A stretch of 64,000 nt of DNA, taken from assembly GCA_012295275.1 (NCBI GenBank), contig CM022673.1, positions 1,426,001 to 1,490,000 on the forward strand. The letters run 5' to 3'. A model generated the notes under the pieces. That model was given only the letters and a program-made list of their open reading frames with translations. It was not told the DNA's origin and searched no databases. This DNA comes from Chrysomallon squamiferum (lineage: Eukaryota; Animalia; Mollusca). Within the stretch, counting starts at the first letter, position 1; each line of letters opens with the position of its first letter. The position numbers were made by a program, and so were the translations under genes. Of the stretch, positions 42,321-55,142 are shown one piece after another.

Positions 42321-43009
42321 GTAATTTAAGAAATTTAAACTTCGTTTCCTTATTTAAATCAAAGGTGCACAAGATAAAATTATCTGGAACCCATGCAAAC
42401 TTTCGAAAATGAAATTACATTTTTATTTATTAGTAACACTTGTATGTCAAGGATTTACTGAAATAATTAATAAAATTAAAAAGAATTTATTATTTAAAAG
42501 AAACTAAACACAGAATTGTTTTAATTTATTAATAATTGTGTTTTTGATAAATTGAAAAAAATAATTAGGAATTTCACTCATTAAAATACAAAAAAAATAC
42601 ATGGTAAATAGGGCAAAATGCATTGATTTCAAATCATGTCAAATACAAGAAAACAATGATGTATACATATAGGTCTTAACAATTGAAGTAATATTTCATT
42701 TGTTCTAACCAATTAAAATACGACATCATTAATAAAGTCAAAAATATAAATGTTGATCTGTATTCATTTCCAAACTACTTCAGAAATTACATCTTAGTTA
42801 TTAAGGTCAAAGATCATTATTGTATTGTAATAATTTATGCATCACTGACAAGTATTGTTTAAATAACAATGCAGTAATGCTGAAAATGAAAGAATGTCAC
42901 CAACTGCCCAGTGCTTTCTATGCTAGTGTTTTATTTTCCAACAGTGAGCAAAATATTGTTCAGGACAGGTCCATTACAAAATGAATGTATGGGTAATTTG
43001 TGCATGCCT

Positions 43010-43216
43010 GTAAAATGATACTCAATTTACAGAGCATCATGAGGAGTTATTAAATTTATTTATTTATATTTGTAGTGTAACTTTTCTTTATGATGTATAT
43101 TTGTAAATCAGGGTAAAATGATGCTCAATTCACAGATCATCATGAGAAGTCATTAGCATTATTTATTTATATTTGTAGTGTAACTTTCCTTTATGATGTA
43201 TTTTGTAAACCAAGGT
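43010..43216. repeat. 103-bp tandem duplication in RPL15 intron
   Basis: GTAAAATGAT.CTCAATT.ACAGA.CATCATGAG.AGT...TTTATTTATATTTGTAGTGTAACTTT.CTTTATGATGTAT.TTTGTAAA starting at 43010 and 43113. Confidence 0.9.
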
Positions 43217-43250
43217 GATACTTGTCAGTACATGATACATTGTGTTGTAG

Positions 43251-43387
43251 GGTATGTTATATACAGAGTGCGTGTTCGTCGAGGTGGCCGCAAACGACCA
43301 GTTCCCAAGGGTTGCACGTACGGTAAACCCAAAACCCATGGCGTGAATCAGTTGAAATTTCAACGATCTCACAGAAGTATTGCAGAG
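43251..43387 (+). CDS. RPL15: RPL15 coding exon 2
   Basis: ttgtag| (G)[45 protein letters not shown] |GTACTT; phases consistent. Confidence 0.98.
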
Positions 43388-43726
43388 GTACTTGATTTTT
43401 AGCATTTAGTTTTTCTTCTTGCAAATGAGACATTTTATCTGAATATTTTCTCTTTCTGTGTAATGCTTTAATATAATAACATATATATATATTTTTTTAA
43501 AGTGCTTTAAAAATGACGACAGCCAAACTAGTTTAACTTAGAGGAAGTGGCAGCCATGTCTTGAACGAATGAACAGTTTAAAAGTGTGTCAAATATTTAA
43601 AAATAAAATAAAATATAATTCTGCAAGAGACAACAAATTCTAATAGTTGCAAATAGCATGTTTTGATTATTTATAATGTTACGTGTTACTGTCAGTAATA
43701 TAAAAAGTTAATTCTTGTTTTTTAAG

Positions 43727-44032
43727 GAACGTGTGGGTCGCAGATGTGGCGGTCTCCGTGTCTTGAACTCGTACTGGGTTGCGCAGGACTCCACATACAA
43801 ATTTTATGAAATTATTCTGGTGGATCCATTCCACAAGGCCATTAGGCGTAATCCCGAATCCAACTGGATTTGTAAGCCAGTCCACAAGCACAGGGAGCTG
43901 CGTGGACTTACGTCTGCTGGCAAGTCTTCTAGAGGTCTTGGTAAAGGTCATCTGTTTAATCAAACCCGAGGAGGGTCTCGTAGAAAGAACTGGAAGAGGA
44001 AGAATTCCCTCAGTCTTCGCAGAAAACGATAA
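43727..44032 (+). CDS. RPL15: RPL15 coding exon 3 (total 204 aa)
   Basis: tttaag| [34 protein letters not shown]...[11 protein letters not shown]; 172+137+306 nt = 204 aa plus stop. Confidence 0.98.
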   Translation, partial: ERVGRRCGGLRVLNSYWVAQDSTYKFYEIILVDPFHKAIRRNPESNWICKPVHKHRELRGLTSAGKSSRGLGKGHLFNQTRGGSRRKNWKRKNSLSLRRKR

Positions 44033-44093
44033 CACTTTTTTTTTTCATATTTTTTTTTTTTTAAAGATTCCTTTTTTCAGATTTGAAAACTGG

Positions 44094-44130
44094 AATAAAT
44101 ACTGAAGGGTGGGAAAGAGCTTTGAATAAA
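44094..44130 (+). terminator. RPL15: RPL15 polyadenylation signals
   Basis: AATAAA at 44094-44099 and 44125-44130, followed by a GT/T-rich element (TGTGTCTTTGTTTT). Confidence 0.65.
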
Positions 44131-45177
44131 TAGCTTGCCCATTGTGTCTTTGTTTTTATTTATTTTCCAGTGTGTTTTAATTTGTGGAATGTTAAAGAAA
44201 TTGTTAAAAAAAAGAAAAAGCCAAAATTTTATTTACATATGTGAAACATCAGAACCAAATCAGTTGTGAGTTGTTGCCTCTTGCACACAGCTGTTGAAAT
44301 GACTGAAAAATAAATTGTTTAATGTTATTAAATTAACATTTCCAGATTTGGCTAATATTTCATTTACAGTGGTTGTCATGATAATGTGAAATAGCCTCAA
44401 CTATTCTGCTCTCCTGTGAACAAAATTTTTCCAAGCTGCCAGTCTTTTACAATTCCTTGTTCAATGATTTTCAGTTGTGTTGAAGGCTAAACAATCTGAA
44501 CTTTCAATAAGTAATTTTTTTTAAAGTATGATTTAACAATGATTTATACCAGCAGTATCAAAGTTTATTAAATAATATAATTAGATGTTTTGATGACGTG
44601 ATATTTACAAGTTAAAATGACAAAAGATTTTTCTGCATTAGTATTTGACATTTTATTATAGTATTAGATGTTTCACTTGATTTAAAATAAATTAATGCCA
44701 ACAAATTCTAATAGTAATAATATTAATAGTTCCTTCATTGTGTGTGTGTGTGTGTACATAAATATGTAATGTACTTGCACAGTGACCAATTACAATTTGT
44801 TGCATGTTAAATATTCCTTTACTAACGACAATTTATACACTACAAAAAATTTAAAATTCTATTTACATCTGTAGATGTCGATGATTGATAACATTATTTT
44901 ATATGCAGATTTATAAAATAATGCATAAATTAAGCTGTTAATTGTATTTGATGGTAATAATATATTAATATCAATCTTTTTAAAACTGCAATTAATATTT
45001 TACAAGTTTAAAATAATTATGTAAAAATAATGTTGAAACAAACTTTTTGTACTAAAGTTGTTACTCTGAACTTGAATAATGAAAAAACGATTAAATTAAA
45101 TTAAAGGGACAGAACTATAGTGTCCCATTTAAGATTGTTCTGCATTGAATAAATAATAAAAAAATAAATAAACAGTT

Positions 45178-45226
45178 GGGTCCCACCAAGATTTGAACAG
45201 GATTACTGGATTGAAAGTTCTGAGTG
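45178..45226 (-). pseudogene. 5'-truncated degenerate tRNA-Gln copy
   Basis: + strand GGTCCCACCAAGATTTGAACAGGATTACTGGATTGAAAGTTCTGAGTG aligns to tRNA-Gln GGTCCCACCGAGATTTGAACTCGGATCGCTGGATTCAAAGTCCAGAGTG; the first ~22 nt, including the A box, are missing. Confidence 0.9.
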
Positions 45227-45538
45227 TATATTATTATTATTATATTTGTTTTCTTCAATAAATCAATTTATTTTACATTTTAAAACAGATTTTTATTTCA
45301 AACTGACAATGGGCAACTACATGTCCTCAAATTCCAAATGTACTTGTCTGAACAAACACCTGAGAAATTTTGCAAAGCAAATAAATGTGAAAATGTTTTC
45401 CATAACATTTCTAGCTTTTAATAACTATATACATATAATAAAGAAAGAATTTTTGAAAAAGAAGGGAATAAGAGAAAAATGAAATTGGTAATAGGAACCT
45501 GCATTAACTAGAACAGTTGTTTTATCCACCTTTTAAAC

Positions 45539-45898
45539 TCATTTGCCACTTGCCAATGGATTTCTGAGAACAATAATAACTGAATCTCCACGAAGGAACA
45601 TTTTCGAAATGTATCTGTCTTTATTCACTGGTTTCGATTTTTTCTTGCCTTTTCCTGTTTTGGGTACTTCCATCCACATTTCTTTGACGTTTTCTAACAC
45701 CATGTTGCAATGCCTGTCAAATGCCTTGACCCGAGCTAACAATTTTTTGTTATTTCTACAGTTAATAAGGACTTGTGTGTTGTTTTTCACAGACTCTGTT
45801 AGTACAGAGAGAGGTCCTGTATTGAACTCCTCCTCTTCTCTCTTTGCAAGTTCTTCAGGGGTCATTTCACTCTTTGGTTTCAGCATTAAGGCTGACAT
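45539..45898 (-). CDS. SNRPD2: Small nuclear ribonucleoprotein Sm D2, intronless CDS, 119 aa
   Basis: [81 protein letters not shown] is the Sm D2 signature. Intact ORF with ggccATG; minus-strand AATAAA at 45292-45297 and 45267-45272. Confidence 0.97.
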   Translation of the reverse strand: MSALMLKPKSEMTPEELAKREEEEFNTGPLSVLTESVKNNTQVLINCRNNKKLLARVKAFDRHCNMVLENVKEMWMEVPKTGKGKKKSKPVNKDRYISKMFLRGDSVIIVLRNPLASGK

Positions 45899-46083
45899 GG
45901 CCTTTCTTTAGTTACCACAGATTAAAATCAGCTACTTGATCACCATTTTCCGCCAACGACACGTCGATGTTCATGAAATTAATTCAAGGGACAAAACTCC
46001 ATAATGTCCCGTTTAATGGCCATATGTGTCAAATCTAATATTCTTCTGCTTTAAATAAATTATAAAAAATGAATAAAACCAAT

Positions 46084-46155
46084 AGGTCCCACCGAGATTT
46101 GAACTCGGATCGCTGGATTCAAAGTCCAGAGTGCTAACCATTACACCATGGGACC
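46084..46155 (-). tRNA. tRNA-Gln(TTG)
   Basis: GGTCCCATGGTGTAATGGTTAGCACTCTGGACTTTGAATCCAGCGATCCGAGTTCAAATCTCGGTGGGACCT: 72 nt, intact cloverleaf, A and B boxes, anticodon TTG; minus-strand T-runs at 46075-46078 and 46064-46069. Confidence 0.98.
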
Positions 46156-46327
46156 CAGTTGTCTTAATTTTTGTTCTGTAGCTTAGTCTACAGAAAATTG
46201 TGTAGTTTTAACATTATTTCGTGACTAACCTATATTTAGAACACAGCCAATGTATAACGGATGTTGGGTTTGTTTCCTTTATTACAACAAACGCAGCGAG
46301 TCTGAATATCGATGATGTGTGCCTAAA

Positions 46328-46364
46328 ATGGGTTTAAAAGATGTTATGGGTGATAATACATTTG
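46328..46364 (+). other. Candidate first exon (uORF start MGLKDVMGDNTF) of the + strand gene
   Basis: CpG-enriched block just upstream of the tRNA, CCAAT near 46247, aaaATGG at 46328, strong donor TTG|GTAAGT at 46365. Confidence 0.45.
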
Positions 46365-46674
46365 GTAAGTATTAACTAACATTTACAAATAAGGTTGATG
46401 TAACTGAAGTAAAACCTTTCATAATTTTAAATTATTTTAACGTGAGTTTTATTTTTAGTGATATTTGCAATTGCAGACAACACCGTTGAACGCGGTCTAC
46501 GTTTAGGTCGTTCGACACAATGACAACCACAATGCCATTCAAATAGTTAATAACAGTGTAGTGACAATTTTTAATTGTGTGATTGTTATCTCTCATTTGA
46601 AATAAAACACAGAACTACAATGGACATGTGTTTTAACTTTCCTGGTATTTTAATGTATTTGTATTATTTAATAT

Positions 46675-46724
<50 letters not shown>

Positions 46725-49700
46725 ATATATAGCCTTTACAGGCTTGCATTCATTATAAACAAACACAACACACACACACACACACACACACACAATATTA
46801 AAACTGAAATTACATTCATATATATATATAATATATCATGGATATCTTAAGCTCAATTATAATTCACTTGTTTTATTAAATAATTAATTTGTAATAATAA
46901 AAAATATTTGCATAATTTACTTTTTTTTCTTTATTATTATTACTTTTTATAGTTTAAATTTGAATCAGTATGTTTAATAACAATTAAGATATGTCAAAAT
47001 ATGTAATTACATTTGCTCTTAATTAGTAAAAGTTGAGTCACAAGAGCAGTTTCTTTACAATATGTAAGTAGTCTGAATGTATACTGGACACCTACTAACC
47101 AATAATTAAACAATAAAGAAACCCCTTTCATGGATATAAAAACAATAGTTTAATCTGCCTTGTTAAATACTTTTATGAACTCTGACCTTTTGACATAGTC
47201 CACTTCACTCAACCACTGATAGGGCTTTTCATTTTAGTAGTGTGTCAAACACTTAGCTAATTGTCCAGCCACTGATAAACAAAAATGTTGTTCTTCTATA
47301 ACAACACTGCCTTAAGCTTAAACAAATATTTTGTTTTCTTTGAATCTTCATACTTTGACATCTTATCATGTATAATGGTAAGCATTCCATTTACAGCTTT
47401 ATCTGTGATAATTTATTTAAAAAAAATTAAACTTTATTTTTGCATTTTCTCATTGTTTGTAAGCTTTAGTAAAAATAAAATAAAAAATTAACCAGAATAA
47501 TTATAGTTATTATGAAAAGAACTCCTTGGTCCATAACAGACTTACATTAACTATTTTAATATATATCCTTTGATATATGTATATTTTACTGGCTTAGCAA
47601 TTAAAACACTGAAATATATGGCTGGTATATAGCAAGATTGCTTTGGTTATACTGTCTATGGTAAAAACTACATAAGTAATTCTTCACTTCTGCATAATTA
47701 TTTTAAAACTGGGTATAATCTGTACTAATGGAATAAATTAAAATTTAATGCTATTAAACCATTTTAATGGTAAATTTCATAGAAAATGTAAATTTTCTGA
47801 TTACTAACAATGTAAAAGGAAATTGTGGGCAATTCCTTGATTAACATATTAGTAAGGACTCTTTTATATGTATCTTCAACCAGACAGGGGGAAAAAACCC
47901 TCAAATAGCTGAACTTGTGATAAACCCCTGGGGCACTTCACAGAAGAGACAATAGCTAGAATGAATTCACTGAAGAGAAAGTAGGTGCAATTAGTGCACT
48001 AAAGAGAACTGAAACAATGGTCTTTATTATGAGACACTTGACAGATGGAATGGGTTGACAAATGTGTTGTATTCTTTTAACTGTTTGAGCCTTTTCATAT
48101 ATAGCAACAAACAATTCAGTCCCCACTCCAAATTAACAAAATAAACAATCGTACACTTGAGTTTATTCAGTTTGTAAAACCATGACTGGTTAAAATGAAT
48201 TTAAAATTTTTTAAAAAGCCAAGCAGGATATTGCTGCAGCATGTTTGGCAATTATACAGGCCTTTTGGATTCTAATTTATAAAAACTATTATCTCTGATT
48301 AATTACTTTTTTGGTTATTTTCAGAATCACTTTTAATACTTGATGCATTTTGTCTTAATCCAGTGTAAAATCTTTACTGAAGTTCCATTACCTGTGACTC
48401 CCAGTCTACCCCATCGCCATAAAGAAATCCTTAGACCATTCAGAATAATATTATCAAATTACTTGTTTGTATTTTGCAGTCGCATATATCTTAAACATAA
48501 CACTTTATTGTGTTAGTCCTCTTGTCACAGATATCACTATTAAATCTTGAGTTGTTTCCTCAATGACAGAAAACATTTATAATATAAAACTCTCTTAAAT
48601 ATAAATCTGTCATTCAAAAACAGTGTTTGTAATGTCTGTTCCTAAACATCTAAGCTGACTTTATTACAAATAACTATACATTTTCATTGCTGGTGTAATA
48701 TAACTGAATATTGTATTTCTGTAGAAATACTGTAAGCCATTGAGCTGAAGTTAAAATGGGAAGTTTGTAAGTAAAGAATAATTAAGTGATGTATTGCAGT
48801 ATTAACTCTGCATAGGATAGACATGTGTGAACCTCATGCACATAGATAAAGGCATTTTTGTTAATTTCTCTATTTACATGTAATTAGTTCAGTATTGTTC
48901 CATACTTCATTTATAGCAGGTTAGTAGTCAAAACAGAATTTATTTTTTAGATTTTTTATTTTAAAACTAAAAAACAACAACATTTAAATTGAATTTGTTT
49001 TACATACTTAACCGAAATAGATTATTTTTCAGCTTGACTCCATAAATGTGAAAACAAGTAACCAAAAGCAGTTTAAATAAAATAAGAATCATTTATTTAT
49101 TTAAAAATATATATTTTTACTAATCCCAGACTCTTGATTCTGTTAATTATTTAAAACAAACCCCAAACAAACCCTAACCCCAACAATAACAACAAAACAC
49201 AACAAGCTAGTTTTATTACTGGAATTTATGAATTCTAATGACAAAACAGACATTAACTAGCAGATATACAGATTATAGATTATCCAGACACAACATTGCA
49301 TGTTTAAATTAAAGATAGAATCAGCATTTGACAGTATTACTGAAAAAACCCTCCAAAGTTGTGTATTAATGTTTTACTGTTATTCTGCCAAAATTTGGAT
49401 AATTTTTCAAATATTAATAAAAACAATGCAAGTGCTGAATATCAAATGATTCATTTGGAGTGTCTGTTACCTATGTCCTTCTGACTAAATGAAAAAAAAT
49501 AATTCAATTTACATTTCTAAACCATTAAATTTTAAAAATAACCATTGATTTTTTTTTCCAAACAATACTCTAGCTTTAAGATTTATTTGTTTGTGTTTGA
49601 TTCAAGTGACGTTTTAATCTCGTGTGCAAACAAACAGATTAACAACCAGTGTTTAATTATCAGTAATTTATTCTTCTTCTTTTTTTCACAGATAAATTTT

Positions 49701-50742
49701 TCATAAATAAACTGAAGATATACAAAAAAATTAAATTGTTGATAGTATTTATTTTATTTTTATATTATCAGTACACTTGTGTAGATAAATTAGAACTCAC
49801 AAATAATAATATTTAATTTTTGCCATTTATTACTAAGCTATCTATAAATTAATTGATTTAAAAAAAAGTACTGTTAAAAGTGTTTGTTATGTATATTCTT
49901 ACAACTCCTGTGTATCAAAGTAAGATCAAGTTAACAAGCTGCAGAAGATTATGTGCTGAAAATCATGTCTTGCTCATGTTTTAAACTCAGGGACTTTTTG
50001 GAGGTTACCTAATTGTTGTTACTACCATTTCTATTTTCTGGCCTTTTCTTTTCTTTTTCTTTTATATATATGTATATTTGTTTATTTATTTATTTTATAT
50101 TTTAGCACAGAGAGAAATATTATTCCATTTACAGCTTTAAAATAAAAATAATAATAAATGGTACAGATTTCCCTGTGATAAATTTACATTTGCATGGGAG
50201 TTAACTGTTACCTGGTTTTCAAAGTCATTTAATAATATTCAGATAACACATAGGTGTGTAATGTTATATCATGGATTAAAGATATTACATATTTGTTTAT
50301 TACTCTAAGACAGGATATAAAATATTGTTACTATTTATTTTCTTTTAAAAAAGATTCTTATCAGTTTCTTCTGCAACTTGTAAAACTTGAAGAGAAAATA
50401 TTTCTTGTGTTAAACAAAATGTTGTTTAGGGACGAACAAACATTTTTTGCATGACATTCAATGCTTCCAAACTTCTGCTGATTTTGAAGCTGTAGGGGGT
50501 TGAAGATTTCAGTCACTCAAAAAAAACCCATTTTATATTTTAATAACTATTTTATCTTCAACATTTAAGACATTCCTTCTTCAGTTTTCTTTTTATAATT
50601 TTGCTTCATTTATTTTTGGTGATGGTTGTTTTTTTTTCTCTTTTTTTTTCTTTTCATTTCCTATTTAGGCACCTACCTGCTAACCCACCCAGCCACAATG
50701 GACTCTTCCACACTGGCTGGTTCCATCAGAAGATCAATATAG

Positions 50743-50953
50743 ATGAGTGGAGACGGTGCTAAGATGGAGATTCACTGCCAGGACCTATACAAAAAGGATA
50801 CAGGCTCGTTAAACCTACTGCAGCCAACATGGTCAGCCGTCTCCACTCTGTACCAAGAAGTCCTCAAATTCGTCAACCAGTTCCCTTTCAAAAGACGACT
50901 CGTTTTCTGCTTCGTTTTCCGTGGGACCAAACTGAAGATAGACCTGGGAGATG
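50743..50953 (+). CDS. Coding part of exon 50669-50953, unidentified TM protein (MSGDGAKMEIHCQ...KIDLGD)
   Basis: Long polypyrimidine tract and acceptor tttag at 50668; donor ATG|GTAAGC at 50954; phase 1 matches exon 62791. Confidence 0.65.
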
Positions 50954-51314
50954 GTAAGCAAAAACTTCACCTGATTCTATTTTTAGCTCTGCTGCCTGCT
51001 GGTTAAAGGGTGTGTTTTCCCCTCTTTTGTTTGTCCTCAGTTGTATTTAAAAATATGACCTTTACTTCTTTTTAATTTTTTTTTTTTTTTTTTTTTACAA
51101 GTTCAGTTTAGAAAGTGCTTTGTAGACAAGCGTGTCATTTGTTATCAGGTTTTTATGACAGGCAGCTACTGCACTAGCTGAAACGTGCACATTGGTCTGA
51201 ATAAGGTGTTTTGAATATCATTGGATGACCTTTCTACCTAAACTTGATTATTTATATGGCCACCTTACCCAGATAGACTTATTCACAAATGTCGTTTATG
51301 TACGAAAACCAACA

Positions 51315-51354
51315 ATGATCATACAAATAACTGTGGTTTTGCCAGATCGTTTCT
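51315..51354 (+). CDS. Candidate alternative first coding exon MIIQITVVLPDRF (or 9-nt microexon 51346-51354)
   Basis: caacaATG start, donor GTAAGT at 51355, phase 1 joins in frame to exon 62791 (..PDRFLKAAGIV..). Confidence 0.45.
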
Positions 51355-53911
51355 GTAAGTGTGTTAATAAGTACATTCTTTAATTTCTCTGTAGAATGAG
51401 TCATTAATATTTCAATTAATTATTCACATTATTAAATGAATGGACAATTTTTAGTTTTTATAACTAGTGGCAAAGATTCTGTCACCTCTATAAAAAATAT
51501 TAGAAATAATGTTTTTGGATTTTTATTTAGACTTAAAAATAAATTAAAAAAAAATTAACAAGAAAATAGAAATAAATTATTAATTACACACTACATAAAA
51601 TGGAAACAAAATAATTAGCACAAGCTAAATAAAATGTTAAAAGATTTTCTTTCTTTCTTTTTAAAAGTTTTTTTAATGTCTGGAGAAATGAGTGTTTACA
51701 AGTTACAAATAATTTTGATATTAATATGTTGTAAAAGAAATCATTGTTTTTCAGTTGTAATGTAGTATGGCAAGGAAACAAAACATCATTTTAGATCTTT
51801 TCGTTCTTTATTTAATAATGACAGTTTATTTTTTTTCAGTATTTGATCAAATGTTACATTTTAATATGATGATGAACAGATGTGATATTTTATCATTTGA
51901 TAATGTGACAGAGACAGTAATTTTATTAATTTATTTTACACAAGTTGATCAGTGATAAAAATTAATATCTAAACTTTGATAAACAATAATAACAATATAA
52001 AAAATGAAACAACGAAACAAAACAATTAAAATTAACATAAAAAAACAACAACAAAAACAAAAAAAAAAATAATAGAGTTCAGGGTAAATGTTTTCATTAA
52101 CTTAGATTTTTGAGGAAGTTCATTGATGGTACATACTTTATTAATCAGGTTTGAGTTGTTTGACAGACATGAAAGCATGCACGTCACTTTGCAATTACGT
52201 TATTTTTAGTTTAACTTTGTGTCAGGTGTGCCTGCATATAATGTATGATCTTGTCTTTCAGTGCCAATTTTTAACCCATCATTTCTTATTTAATATTTAT
52301 ATATTTAAACAAAATAAAAAATTAATGCATGTATTAATAATATATATAATCATATAATTAAAAAAAAAAGAACAAAACAAGAACAAAAAACAACAACTAC
52401 AGATACGTAAATATTTAAAATTAAATAAGGCAATTAATAATATGTATAATCAAATATCACCAAAAAAAAATGTACTTGTGTGGGTGTGTAAGTATTTTGA
52501 TATATAAATTAAAACTAATATATAAAAAAAGAACTATAAATAAATAAATAAATATTTAAATGAAATAAAATTTAAAAAAAGAGGAAAAAAAGCAGTGCCT
52601 GCAGTTATTATAGCCTTACAGAGTTTCCCCTAGGCCTTAATATTGAAGTTTAAAAATAATTTTATGTTGGTGTTAATTAATTACTTGTTTGACATAATTA
52701 TGAGACCCCTTCTCTATTACCTCGGCTGAAGCGACTGATGTTAGTATTATGCATTTTGAAACGATATGCACCTTTGATATGTCACAACTGATTGCTCTGT
52801 TTTGCCAGTTCAGACATAATGTAATCACTGAAGAAACAAACTGCATAATCATGACAAAATTCAGGATTCAGAGAAGTATTAATTTACATTTAAAAAAAAA
52901 AATAAATAAAAAATATATATATATATATATATATATATTAAGTTGCATGAGTAATTGGTTTATATGAATATGTTATAATGATATTAATTCTGATATTTGA
53001 ATAGTAGTTTGTGTGTTTTATTTCTATGGCTGAGTCGCTTTGTTTTGTATATATTATTGTGTTTACCAGTGTATAGTGTGTGTATGTAATTATGTATATG
53101 TATGCATGTGTGTATACTCTGAATCTGTTTATAGAAATATATATGTATTTGAGTAAAAGAGTTGGTCTGTGTGTGTGTGTGTTTTTATTTTCTATTGTAT
53201 CAGCATAATAACACAAATAATTTAACACATTACTTCAGAGTTAAATAATTTAATTTTTCAGTAGTTAGGTTAAGTTTTTAGTAGAGAAGGTTAATTCAAT
53301 TGGTTTTGTTTTGTTTGCATCTGGCTGTTATTAGGAATATTAACAAACAGTACAAGTATTTGTGTGTAAGACAAAACAACAATAATAATGTAATATATAT
53401 GTATCTATAAAAGCAGGCATATAATAAAACAACCCAGCTTATTTTATTTACCCCAAAATTATTTTCAATACCTTTTTATTTATTTTTATTTATTTATTTT
53501 TTTTTTTAATTATTTTTTTCCCCAACTTTAAAAAAAAAAAAAAAAAAAAACATAAAAAAAAAAAAAATTATTTATCTTTTCTTATCCATTTTTATGTTTT
53601 GCCAAAAAAAAAAAAAATGATAGTCATATCTGTACTGGTTAGGTAAGATAATATTTAGGTGTTTTGGTGGAAGCACATTTGATTTACAATTCTTCTAGTC
53701 TGTTGAAAGTCAGATATATCCCAAGTAGTTTTCATGTTGGTATATGAAGCTAATCATAAACCTCTTATCATTCAGCAGTCAAATGTGTCTGTATACGACT
53801 AACCAGAGTAAAATAATCTAAGATGTGAGAGGGTTTTTTAGTTTCATGGGGAAAATATTATAAACCTAAAATGGCATAAAAATATGGTGATAATATGACT
53901 CTGTATGTTTG

Positions 53912-53976
<65 letters not shown>

Positions 53977-54069
53977 ACATACATACATACATACATACAT
54001 ACATACATACAGACAGACAGACAGACAGACAGACATTTAAACAGACAATTAGAAAGACAGACAGACATA

Positions 54070-54109
<40 letters not shown>

Positions 54110-54815
54110 TGTGGATATATTTAGAGACACACACAAACATACATAAATATCAAATAAATCTAGTTTCATTCCACTGATCTAAAATAAACAAATAAATAAA
54201 TTAATTAATTAATAACGATAATAATAATACTAGTAGTAGTAGTAGTAGTAATAATAATAAACTAACAATTTAAAACAAAATTAAAATGGGGAAAAATCTT
54301 ATATTTGTATATCTATATATATGTGTGGTTTGTGTTTTCTTGTTGTCAAGAAATTGATTTTAAAAGATTTCTAGCTGTTAATCAGTAGTAGTAGTCACAA
54401 ATCACATTGCAGCAAGCGTTCTTTTTCATCCAGCTATTACAAGTTCATGTGAGTGACATGTAGTTAATATGAAAGGTGTGAAGCTGATGCTAAATAATAT
54501 TAAATTATTTTCATAAAACTATATAACATTCTGACAGCTGCAGATGTGTGTAAAAAAATTAACTGAATCCACATGAGTGAAAAACTGAAATCAGGTAGAT
54601 GCAATTGGTTGGGTTGTACGTGCATGTGGCTGCAATTATTAATATGATCTGTTAGTATTTATATGTGTGTTTCAGCTACTCTGTGTGTGTGGGTGTGTGT
54701 GTATTATATATATGTATGTATGCATATGTTCAAATAGGTACATACTTAGGTAGATATGTGTGTTTATATATATGTTTACATATCTCTGCATATGTATGTA
54801 TAAACATACAAGCAT

Positions 54816-54855
<40 letters not shown>

Positions 54856-55074
54856 AGCAGTTATAACTTGTCAATATTTGCATGTTCCTATGGTAGTTCT
54901 ATGTAGAATTTGTCAACACTTGGATTCTCTGAAGGTGAAACTGTCAAAGCCACTTTATGACATTGACTCATTTCTTTTATTTGTGTTTGTATAATTTATT
55001 CCTGATACGTGACAGAGCTGGTGTAGGTAATTTTTTTTTTTTTTTTTTTGAATTTATTATTATTATTATCATCA

Positions 55075-55142
<68 letters not shown>

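Noticed and set aside
42321-43726. Intronic snoRNAs in RPL15 (e.g. ATGACGA near 43513, ATGATG in the 103-bp duplication)
   Set aside because: I could not pair a C box with a terminal CTGA D box and stem, nor see an H/ACA layout. An Infernal or snoscan search would be needed.
43679-45911. Antisense or shifted ORFs over RPL15 (43679-44035 -, 43779-44105 +) and SmD2 (45543-45911 +)
   Set aside because: Shadows of conserved coding sequence; no recognisable product or independent start context.
45093-46155. Prokaryote-style integrase island (attL/attR at the tRNA 3' end)
   Set aside because: No integrase, the cargo is a host spliceosomal gene with a polyA relic, and the repeat includes about 100 bp of non-tRNA flank; retroposition or local duplication fits better.
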